A program made the translations under genes and the position numbers. From Hyaloraphidium curvatum SAG 235-1 (Eukaryota > Fungi > Monoblepharomycota): a stretch of 64,000 nt of DNA. The stretch spans positions 434,001 through 498,000 of the forward strand of contig JAIVFI010000009.1 of NCBI GenBank assembly GCA_025558095.1, written 5' to 3'. Of the stretch, positions 48,757 through 59,414 are shown piece by piece (the first letter of the stretch is position 1; each line of letters begins with the position of its first letter). The notes beneath the pieces were generated by a model. That model made no database searches. It saw only the letters and a list, made by a program, of their open reading frames with translations, and was not told the DNA's origin.

Positions 48757-50552
48757 GAAGATGAGGTCTCTGTGTCAAAGGCATCGCAGCAATGAGCTGG
48801 AGACCCAATTTGAGGTTGACAAGTGGCCCGCACCTCCCGACCGAGGTGCGGCCGAAGCCAACGACGCGGTGTCCCACGTGGCATCGAATCCAATATCCGG
48901 CAGCTGCAGCCGCACTACGGGCGTCGTCGTGCTTTCGGAACTCTCGAAGAGGCCGTACGTTCGGAGGTCAATGCTGACCGCGATGGCGGGCTAGAGAGGG
49001 GTGGGAGAGGGGAAAAGGTCCACCGCTGCTACGAAGGTAATCGCCCCCGCGAGAAGCCGACCTTGCCGTAGACGACCCCATGCTCGCCAAAGAGAATGAC
49101 TTTGCCCGGCGCGGAGGCCAGGACCTTCATTCTTTCTAGGGTTGCGCGGTATTGGCGGCGACGGCGGGGATTTCGGTCCCCACACACAACAACACGACAC
49201 CTTGGGGGCATCCACGTCTTCAGTAGTCCAGCGGACCTGCCACACGTTTCTCTGTACGTTTCTTCACCAATACGTCCAGTGGACGTTCACTGATGCGATT
49301 TGGGTTTGGACGTCAGGTGATGCCTTCCCAACTCGCTGTGACTCCCCGGAATCGTCCGTACCCGTCCAAAACGCTCCATTGGCTGCCAAACTCCTGCCGT
49401 ACCCTTGAGCAAGGTTACATGCATCTGTTTCGGAGTCATTAGGAAAGATATTGATTGCACATTTTGGTTTCTCCGCTGAGGAGGGAAACTGCTAGAGGCG
49501 CCCATTGCAACTGCCACACGGTGGTCTCCAAACACTCCAGGTGTCTCTAGGCACGGGACATGGCAATCAGGTAGCGGAGAAAGAGCGTCCTTGCTCTTAG
49601 ACATGCTAAGCCCTAGACGTTCGTCGCCCTCCCCCGACCTCCCTCGGCCAATCTCGCCTTGGTGCCATTCAAAACCCTGGGCGCTCCATTATCCAGTCCG
49701 CGGAGAGCTGCTGTCCCGGGGTTTGGTGACAATCAAGCGCCAGTCCTCGCCGCGCTCGTTTGCAGGCGCTTTCGCCCCGTTCTCGTCGACCAATCGACGG
49801 TCAAGATTCGGACCAGCGCAACCCTAGGAGGGAACATTGATATTCATGTGCTTCTCAAGTCTCCCCCTTGATGCAGGTTGTTGCCGACCACGATGACACC
49901 GGTGCCAGTGACCAGTTTCCGTGCCCGGCGAACCGCCTCGAAGCTCCCCCGGGCACCAATGCTGGGTCGTGGCACACGCGGGATTCAACCAGACAACTTT
50001 GGTTCATCGTTGGCTGGCCTTGGCGACGGGGATTCGCTACGGTTGAAGGTGGCCCCCCCCCTCGGCCCAGCCAGGTGGTGACGGTGCGCTTGGTTTCGGC
50101 CTCCCGGCGATCCACAATCGCTGAGGAAGGCATCGACGAGGCCGTATCCATCGGGGAACGGGATATTGCCCTTGGAGATGGTTTCCGGGTGCCGAGCCAC
50201 GGGCGAAGCCGTCATCTGGCACGGGACGTCGCGTCGCACGAAGGCATCCGGGCCAGGCGCGACGGCGTCGAATCCCGCGGCCAGGCGCCGCTGGGAAACG
50301 CGCTGAGCGGGCTCCGGCGGATATTTTTGGCCAAGCACGAGTGGAGCTGCGGGGACCACGGATTCGCTGATGGGGAGTGATTGGACGAAATGGAGTTTGG
50401 CATCACCGACGTTGAAACCGTCGACTCTCGTCGCGGCACCCACACCGCGAGCGTGCTGCCGGCTCCGTGCAACCCCTCGCGCACGCGCATTCCGCGCCGT
50501 ACCGCGTTTTGCCAGCGTCGGCGCGGCCGGACTTGGCTCGCGGACGCCCGGC
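48757..50552 (-). pseudogene. Segmental duplication, copy 2, carrying the 5' exons and upstream region of mevalonate kinase (truncated copy)
   Basis: MKVLASAPGKVILFGEHGVVYGK starting near 49133; homology ends at 48757. Confidence 0.9.
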
Positions 50553-50827
50553 AGCGGCCGCCGGACCGCGGGACCTTGGTACCAAGAGGACCACTCCGGC
50601 CGGCTCCCGGCTCTTCAACACGAAATGACGTACTACGGGGCCTTTCCTCCCACCCCCTCGTCTCGGATCTCCCCCCAGGAGGAGGCGCACGGCCCGACCT
50701 CCATCGCACAAGACTCGCAGGCGCTCGAAGTGGGGAGTGCGCCGGCCGTTCATGCAGATCACGGTCTGTGTCGTTGCTCGCCCTTTGCTGTTGTTGTGCT
50801 TGATCCGACTCTATCGTTGCAGTGCTC

Positions 50828-53744
50828 ATGATGGACACTTCGCACAGCACGAAGCCGGTGGTGCCGCCCAACAAGACCAGTTCAGCTCCTGCGTCAAGCG
50901 CACTCGAAAGAGTTCGTTTTCGCCGCAGTGGACAACGTGCTCGTGTTTATCATTGCGCTGTTTCAGCTTATGCAGAAAGCGAGGGCCGAGAGCGAAGCCG
51001 ATCTCGCCAACAGGCGAGCCAAACGTGAGTTTACCGACTTGATCGGAGCATGAACCTGATATTTGCTTTGCGCGTTTGCATCCAGGGCTCAAGAGTTCTG
51101 AATCGAGCTCAAGTGGAGCGTCACCGGGACCAGAACCCAAGCAGGTAGATGTTGTACATCGCTTTCGTTGTCGTTCATCGCCGACAAGGTCTTCCTCAAC
51201 AGAACCCGACTCAAGGTCTCAACTTCTTCCAATCGAAGAACCAGGAAACGCATGGAGACGGCCTACCGTGTTGGTTTTGTCGGCTGCCTGCATTTGTGTC
51301 CCGCGCTCACCTTCTTCCCAGCGGATGCTGCTTTTGCTACGTTCAAGCTCCTCGGCGGCAACAAGATCAAGGTCCTGACAATCGTTGACGGCGAGGAAGA
51401 AGCTCAGCTCAGGCAGGCTTTTGATCGGGCCAGGCTTCGGTGCAAGCAGCGGCTCGACCCCGAATCGGCAGAGGGTCGCTCTCGGAAGGACCTCGTTGCT
51501 GCCTACGAGGTGGAGTCCCTCCGCTACTCTCATTTGCAACGTGGTGTGCTGATTGCGCAGGGCAGCTCGAGGTTGACAACAAGATGAACCTTCCCGAGAC
51601 GGCAAATATCCGCAGGGGCAAGGTCGTCCGTGCGGCTCCGACCGGCGGTGACATATTCTCGAACACCACCATTGTCGGCGTTTACCCCCGGACCGGCCAC
51701 CTGGACGACATCGAAAAGCTGAACCTCGAGGTTGGTCAATCCAGATGTCGGACTTCACCACTCCTAACCCTGGGTTCCCAAGCGGGGGTGCCTGCAGACA
51801 CCGTGCACCACCAAGGGCTTCATGGAAGCCGCCCTCGCCTCCATGGGCCTCGGTTCGGCGAAGGACGTGCTCTGTGCGGACAAAGTGCCCACGTGCCCCG
51901 AGCCCAACAAGCTGCTGGACGGCGTCGCTCGGACGGCCTTCAAGGGCCGGGAGCACCTCTTCGACCTCTTCTCGCCCGGGACCCATGACTTTGTCGCAAA
52001 GACCAGCTCGTCACTCAAGGTCATGTTCCAGCCCGAGATCGTCGCGGAACACATCACGGTGGGTTCTCTCGCCGTGCAGGGTTTGGAGCTCAGTCTTGAT
52101 GTTCTTTATGGCAGCGCTTCTCCCCCTACAAGGACTACTTTGTGGTCTTTGACAAGTCGCGGCCGCTCACCGGCGCTGTGCACCTCGGGGATGCTACCGT
52201 TCTCGAGGTCCTGCGGGGGACGGGAGCAGGAGCCAACAAGTTCGGCACCGAGCCGTCGCTCATGCTGCCTTTCAAGGAGCATCCATCGTCGGCGGGGGCT
52301 CGGAATGTCCCGATTGAATACCGGATCCAGATGCTGAATCGCAACGATCGAGTTTTCACGTGAGTGTGCTGGGCTTCCGATGTTGGCGCTACTGACACCC
52401 CGTTTCTCGGCAGCCAAATCGGGGACGTGCTGCAGACCGGCACGTTCCGGACGGTACAGCCAGGTTCCTTCTTTCAGCTCGCCTTCCGCACCGACGGCTG
52501 GGAGAACATGGCCAAGATCGGGGAGCTCTCCGCCAAAACCGGCGGACTGGAACGGCTCATGAGTTTGCTCGACCGCACCTACCTGTTCCCCTCGAAGGAA
52601 CAGCTACCGGACATGCTGGTGGCCTTGCAAGAGCTTGGATTTGAAGATTCTGCGCGGATCGTCGAGAAATCATGGGACCTCCACTACGTTGGCAAGCCGA
52701 CCTTTCAGATTTTGGCCATGCTTCGCGTCCTCCAGTTCAACAAGGAGACCAACCAGGCCGGTCCGAGCGCGGGGGGGAAGAAGTCGGGGCCGAAGCTGTT
52801 TGCTGAGAAAGAAGGCATTTACAATCCAGTGAGCTATACTCGCTGTTGCGCGTTCATAGTGTCTCACTCTTTACGTGGCTACAGAAGTTTCTGGGCAAGA
52901 AGATCGAGTGGGTCACCGCCGGAGCCGAGAACCAAGGTATGCGGTGATCGAGAGCCTGGGCCGCCGCTGACGGGATCCTGGCCAGTCTTCGAGACGACGG
53001 AACTGATGCAGAATTTACTTGATTACGAGAGGTTGGATGAGGTGACCACCTGGGCATGTGGCAATTGCCCGGAGATGGGTGTCGTGCGATCGCACGCTGC
53101 ACCAAGGTCTGGGAGCAAATCCGAACAGCGGGTCACCGTTACACTGCTGATCACTTGCTTCACTCAGGTCTGCGAACGATCAAAAAGTCGGCAAGCTGTT
53201 GCACCGATGCCCATCCGTCTGCACACGTTTGGAGGAGATCTTCGAGGACAAGGGAGAAGCTTTTCCGGCCAAGCCGCTCATCTTCTGCATCCCGCGGAAG
53301 GAGATTTCGGGCAAGACCGGGGGCAAGCCTCCCAAACCTGCGGACGTTCCGATCTTCAAGTCCGCCGACGGAGGCGTCGAAATCTTCCGGCTCAAGGTTG
53401 GTTCTCACATGGACTCTGACGGTGGCGCTCTTGATGCCCTTCTTCTTCAGATGATGGTCAACAACCACAAGATGCTCAAGAAGGATGGCAAGGAGGTCAA
53501 GAACAAGATGTTCGACCCCACTGTCCTCACCAAGGCCGGTGATCCCGTCGCGTGGCGCGAGCTGTCCTGCGACTGCAGCTCCGGCTGCATCCTCTTCTTC
53601 ACGCCGACGCCAACCGGCCGTGACCAGTTTCTCGACCTCCTCGACCTCACGTACAAGGGTGGCGTCGCCGCAATAAGGCGGAAGGTAGCTGCCAGCCAGC
53701 AGCTGAAGCAAAAGCGCCCCGCCGAGGACGAGGAAGAAGAGTGA
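50828..53744 (+). CDS. Multi-exon orphan protein with UDG-superfamily-like motifs; 5' end uncertain
   Basis: Spliceable exons give TIVGVYPR, VLCADKVP, SRPLTGAVHLG and EHPSS in UDG order; the last exon ends KRPAEDEEEE*. Confidence 0.55.
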
Positions 53745-53977
53745 CGTTCGTAGGACCGCGGCCAATGCTTTCCGCTTTTGCTAACATGTTGCTGGCAGGG
53801 CTATCACACATATGCACGCCTAATCTCGTTCTATGTTCGCTGCAAACGATCACCTTTGTATAACCAGATCGATTCCCTATGTCACCATCGCTAGTCATAA
53901 TGTTGAGTTCGATTCATTTGCTTTGCAATTTGATCAACAACCTGGTCCATCAACGATCTGGTCCGACACTATTGAAC

Positions 53978-54119
53978 GGGCACATCTGCAGCTCGGTCGC
54001 CTGACCTTGGGGCAGGCCTGGAAAGGACTAAGGATCTGGCTGGCATCCCCGGCGGGGGCAGTGCTCAAGGTACCAGCCCGACATGGACCGAGCGCAGGAG
54101 GTTGTTGTAGCGGTAGGCG
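53978..54119 (-). pseudogene. Internally deleted PRP8 fragment
   Basis: YRYNNLLRSVHVG-WYLEHCP-A(intron remnant)GLP-KVR-TEL-QMC matches pieces of Prp8 LYNNLP..VH..WY / WY.EHCPAGQPVKVR / T.LDWVE.GLQVC. Confidence 0.75.
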
Positions 54120-54193
54120 TGGTGACGACCCTTACTAGCGGACATCAGGGTCCGTAGCGATTTAAGAAAGCAGCACGATGCACCGCGACGCAC

Positions 54194-54232
54194 CAAAGTG
54201 GTTCGTGGGCTCGTCAAGGAGCAGGATGTCGG
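54194..54232 (-). pseudogene. Isolated 39-nt exon of an ABC-F/eEF3-type ATPase (Walker B)
   Basis: ttag|CC GAC ATC CTG CTC CTT GAC GAG CCC ACG AAC CAC TTT G|gtgcgt = (A)DILLLDEPTNH. Confidence 0.75.
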
Positions 54233-54284
54233 CTAAGGAGCACGGCCCTGGCAAGGGCGAGAGCGACGTGATGGCCGTCTTGAG

Positions 54285-54442
54285 TTCAACACGGCCGAAG
54301 GGGCACCAGTGCCGATACCGCCGATCTGGTACACATCCCGCATGGGCGGGCGGAGGGGCTTGTTGTCCGAGGGCTCGATCACGTTGTAGCCGTGCCAGCC
54401 CGAGATGGGGACGTAGGGGACGGCCTTGGGGCTGTAGTTGGC
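54285..54442 (-). pseudogene. Internally deleted EF-1alpha fragment
   Basis: YSPKAVPYVPISGWHGYNVIEPSDN fused to KPLRPPMRDVYQIGGIGT-VP-GRVE. Confidence 0.88.
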
Positions 54443-54917
54443 GGTCTGGAGCATGCCCCGGACCGGCGGCCGACGAAGCTCGGCGGCCGAGAACCGCGGC
54501 AGAGGTGCAGCGGAGCCATATCGGAGTTTTTGACACCCCGCGGAGGGGGCCCGAGGGGAACACGAGGAGGTGTGAGCGCAGGAACAGCGCGCTCGTAGTG
54601 AGTGCAGGCCACGGCGCTCGCGGCGTACACAAGCGACGCTTCGCCGCGAGTGCTTTCAAGCAGACCAATTAGTCTGACCGCAGAAAATCCTTCACACAGC
54701 GCCCGCCTCGATTGCTTGCCCCCCGGTCCGCCTTCGAAAATCCCGCTGGGCCTCTTCTCTACTACCTAGGCCGCCTCGCAGCCGCGTTGCTCGCTTCCGC
54801 TGCCCAGATCGGGGCGCCGGAGATCGGACCGATCGCTCGGGGGCGGCCACGCGGCACCTTCGCGGCGGGTGCATCATCGGCTGTGGATCGAGATACGGAT
54901 GGCTCGAGTCTCCCAAA

Positions 54918-55857
54918 GTGTTCCAGGGCGATCATAAGCTGGCGGATTACCATGGATCCATGAATGCGAGGCAATTTGAAGAGTGGGCTCGGGGTGCATT
55001 TCGGAAGATGCGCGAAAAGGACCCGGAGGGCGAGATCCACGTACACATGGACAATGCTGCGTACCACATTGCACCTGTGGAGGGTCAGAAACGGATCTCG
55101 CAGCTGACCAAGAAGGCAGATCTCGCCAAGGCCATCGTGGACATGGGCACGACTCCGTACACAATGGAGCAGCTCACGGCGCGCAAAACGAAGACTGGAG
55201 GCGGCTTTACCGTCAAGGACCTTCGCAAGCTGCTGCAGGAGCTCGGATACCAGCCGGAACGCTTCATTGACAAGCTGGCACTCGAGTTCGACATCTACCT
55301 CCACTTCCTTCCCCCCGTACCACCCCAAACTGAACCCCATCGAGCTTGCGTGGGCCCGCGCAACGAACCATGTTGCTGAGAACAACGAGTCGCGCAAGTT
55401 TGCCGACGTCAAGGTCCTTCTGGAGGAGGGGTTTGCGCTGGTGGATGCTGCCGCATGGGAGAGGCTCGTCATTCATGCTGAGAAGGAAGGGGACGAGTAC
55501 CGCCGCCAGGATGCAATTATGGTCATCCACATTGACGATGACGATGAGGAGGAGGCAGCTCTGGTGCCGCCGGAGCCTCGCAGTCGCTCTTTTCGGACCG
55601 CAGAGATGGTCGTCGACAACGAGCTCGAGAGCGATGCGGACGATTCTGGGGACGCCGTCCAGCCCATTCCCGACGAGGACGATGAAGATGAAAGCGACGA
55701 ATTGGCTGTGACGGTCCAGGAAGCGCTGGACGAGGAGTTTGACGCGGAGGTCGCTCTAGCGTTGGCAATGAACGCCGACGCCTGGGCCGAAATCCAAGCC
55801 GGGCGAAACCCCAGCCCCACTGCCGTGCAGGCGGCTCTATTGGACGCGTCTCTGTAG
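54918..55857 (+). mobile_element. 5'-truncated, frameshifted IS630/Tc1-mariner DDE transposase
   Basis: DYHGSMN..FEEW, MDNAAYH, LPPYHPKLNPIELAWA; frameshift in the C-run near 55311-55316; acidic tail. Confidence 0.88.
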
Positions 55858-56099
55858 ATTTTCTAGGCGAAAACGATGTAATTGGTGTGTGGGGAACGAG
55901 TCGAAGTTGTGTTTGGAAGTTTGCCGCTCAAGTACCCGGCACCGGACTGTATCGGTTCCCATTTTTCTTCCATTGCACTCGCAGTGCTCCATTGGCTCAG
56001 TCTGGTTAGAGCGTGTGGCTGTTAGCAGTCTCTTTAAAATCGAGATTCCTGGCTACCACAAGGTCAGTAGTTCGATCCTACTATGGAGCGAGCTTTTTT

Positions 56100-57722
56100 T
56101 CGGCGTGAGGTATGTGAGGCCGCCGTGCCCTGGGACCCGCTTCCGACCCCGCAACAGCGCCGCCTCGCTGCTGCGAATGGCGGGGAGCGGACCGCGATCC
56201 GCTCTGCTCGAGTGGCGTCGTCGAGCGGCTCGATCCTACGAGATTGACCACATCATCCTCGCGCTGACGGTGCTTCTCCTCTTTCTGCCCTCCCATTCCG
56301 CGCAATCGCGCCAGAACGCGCTGCTCCTGGTGCCGCTTGTGGTCGGCTACTGCCACCACCTCGCCGAAAACTCGCACGTGATACAAAGCCGCGTGAACAT
56401 TCTCGCCAACCCTCAAATCGTCTTCTCGATCCTCCTTCTCTTCCCGGCCGTCGTCCTCCAGGCGATGGTGGACCTCGACTTTTCGCAGCTCAACTTCCAA
56501 AATCGCTCCGATCTCCGCGCGTCACGCACAGCGCCACGGGGCGATCCACTCGGCCACGCGGGCGTGTACATCCTCCGGCCTTCGAACTCGGCGGTCTCGT
56601 GGCTTCCGGCGGCCTGGTGCGACGCCGTCAACGCTGTCATCGCCGTCACGCGCCGCCGGCTCGCATGTTGGCGGACAACTTCGGTTCTACATCGGCTCAA
56701 CGATGCGCAACATGGCCGTGCGGCTTCTAGAGCACGACGGGTTAAGCGGCGCCTCGCTGCGATGGCTTTATCGAATTGTTCCATGGACTCCCACCGTTTT
56801 TGCACTGCTTTCGATCGACGTGGCGAAGTTCAAGCGGGACTTTGAGTCCATCTTTCCAGGTATGGGGCGCTGTTTGCTCGCGCGGCACTTTGCCTGATCA
56901 ACTTCGCCTGTAGGGGTGATTGACGCGTTCTACGCGCATCGGCCCGACCAGCAACACCAGCTCCTGCTCGGACGTATTTTGCTCTACGCGGAGACCGTGG
57001 CGATCATCTGCTTCGTCATGGTTTCCTCTCGTGTGCTCGGCCTTGCCGCCTGGGAGGTCGGACTTGATCGTCACCACCGTGCAGCCATGCACGAGCCACA
57101 CGGGCTCAACATGACTGACAACGTGACGCAGCGAGGGCGACCAACCGCGGCCCACCAGCAGGAGCCATCGTTGGACCAGGAGCTAGATGCTCTGGAGGTC
57201 GACGTATCGCAACGTGCCCAACCCGGGCCATCTGGAACTACCGGCTGCGCCCCGCAGTCGAAATGCAAGGGGTTATGCTGCCGGTGCCTGGGAGTTGTGG
57301 GACGCGTTCTGCGATTCGATCTTGGGGTCATGGACCTCTGCCGGTCGTGCCATGCTCACGTTGTAGGGCAGTGCCACTGGCGAGAACGGGATGCACAGCG
57401 TCGCCTCAACGTCGAGGAGGTCGTGCTTTTCGAGGAGCGCCGGAGGATGCGTGCCCGCTTCCTTGCTGCGGCTGCTGCTGACCCTTCGAGGCCGGTGGGC
57501 AGCACACTGACCTTCTTCCATTGGAACGGCCATGGTGTGGAGCTTTACCCCTGTAGGGATGGGCCGGGGCGGTGCTGCCGGTGCCGTCGCAACCCGTCTG
57601 CAGGTTGGTGCTGGTACTGTCGAGAGGGAAAGAACGGTGAATGTAGTGGCCAGGGGCTGAAACGGCGGAGCGTGGACCTGGACTACGACTATGAGGAATC
57701 GGATCCGGATGGTCAGGAATAG
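56100..57722 (+). CDS. Possible orphan gene or pseudogene (hydrophobic N-terminal part, Cys-rich C-terminal part)
   Basis: Consecutive + ORFs with hydrophobic stretches and CCRC...CRSC / CCRC...CWYC motifs; no family recognised. Confidence 0.3.
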
Positions 57723-57929
57723 ATCTTCTCTAGATGCGATAGCTGATGCCCCGATCCCCCTCGCCTCGAGCCACCGCCTCCGAATCGCCCTCCTGCACCG
57801 CCCCAACGTCGACCTCCTCGTCCGTCGAGCAAGTAGTCCGCGTCGACGGCCTCCCCAGCGTCAGGCGCCTCCATCAAATTTCCGGGGGGTCGGGGGCTTC
57901 TTCATTTCCAGCTATGTTCGAGCGTTGAC

Positions 57930-58106
57930 CCCAGTGCAGACGCAGCGCGTGCAAAAAGGCCGACAAGCCCTCCATCACAAGCAGGATGCCGACCGTGAGG
58001 GTGAACCACACAATCAGACCGACAAAGATACCAATCGTCCGCAGGGTCGGGCTTTCGATCGAAAAAACGGTGACCAGCGTCATCGAGTAAAGCACTTCGG
58101 ACAATT
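57930..58106 (-). pseudogene. Isolated exon of V-ATPase subunit a (Vph1/Stv1 family)
   Basis: ctgac...ccacag|(Q)LSEVLYSMT...GILLVMEGLSAFLHALRLHW. Confidence 0.9.
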
Positions 58107-58123
58107 CTGTGGAACGTGGGATG

Positions 58124-59414
58124 TCAGAGAAGACGACGCCAACTCCCGAGATGACGGACAAAGTCGACCACCCGGTCCGCGGCGGCGATGTCGGGAAAGT
58201 GCACGTCGACGACCGCTTGGGTCAGAAGACGCTGTGCATGTTGTGTTTGGGGCAGCCTGCATCTGCACCATGAGGTTCGATAGTTCGATCCTATCATGGA
58301 GCGGAGGTTTTGTTTTGGTCGGGGATGGCAGGGGACGAGGTGTCGACGGGCGGCACCTGACCTGGTCCAACACTTTCGCGTTCTTTTGACTCCATCTGCG
58401 ATTGACGTGGGCAGCTTGAAGTCGGGCTTCAGGAAGCCGAGCTTCCTTGATGAGCGCATCGAGCACCCTACGCCAGCCAGGAACGCAGCGATCCGGCGAC
58501 TCGAACGCCGTGCGGATGTTGTGCTGCTGCTTCAGCAGCCACTCTTTCGTCATGTCGGGAAAGCGCACGTGGACGACGACTCTGGGTCAGAAGACGCTGT
58601 GCATGTTCGGGCCAGAGCTGGGCCTCGTGAACGACATCGGCCGCCTGCATGTGCAGGTTCCTGGGCCAGGCGGATTCCGAGAACATCAGGGGCAGGAAGG
58701 CCTTGATGCAGAAGTCGTTGTAGGCCTCCAGCATTCTGAAGAAGAACGCAAGTGCCTCGTCGCGAGACATTGCGGCAGCCAAAGTGACGGCGGCAGAGGC
58801 CCGAAGGAGGCTTTCGATTTGCCATCCTCGTCCTGGGGACCCACATCCGAGTCCAAGAAGCACGCAGCAGCTAAACAGCCATCCGCGCTTGCCGCTGGGC
58901 CAGCGGCACAGCGCGAGCATGTCCAGGGCGGTTCCCTCGGGCATGATCTCCATCATCCCCTCGAAAATGCGGATCGCATCGTCCCTGCCATCGTTTTCCG
59001 GCTCCTCGCAATCCGCAAAGAATGCCGCCGAGTCGGCCGCCGTGATTTCCCGAAGTCCCGCTATGCACTTCCAACGGTACTCGTACCAGACATTCCGCGC
59101 GTTTTGGAGGGCCTCCTCCAGGTCTGCCGCGTCCAGTCCTGTACACCGGAGCATTTGCAAGCACCGGTCGTACTTGTCCAAATGGTTCCACAGCTCCAAG
59201 TGGTCCAAGAAGGCCGTAGAGAGCGGACCGACACCCCCAGCGCGCGGAGCGCGAGCCCGGCGTCCGCTCCGGTCTCGTACAGCTCGGCGAGGATCTTCTG
59301 GGCGGCGAAGGAGTTGCACGGAACGCCCGCGCGGCGGAGGAGGCTGCCGACGCCCTGCGGGCCGAGAGCCTGGTCCCCTCCGCGTGCGCGTCGCGATTCA
59401 TCCATGGCTGTCAT
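58124..59414 (-). pseudogene. Frameshifted orphan helical protein with an internal repeat
   Basis: Overlapping - ORFs; HAQRLLTQ..V.V.FPD occurs twice (~58190-58255 and ~58550-58610). Confidence 0.4.
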
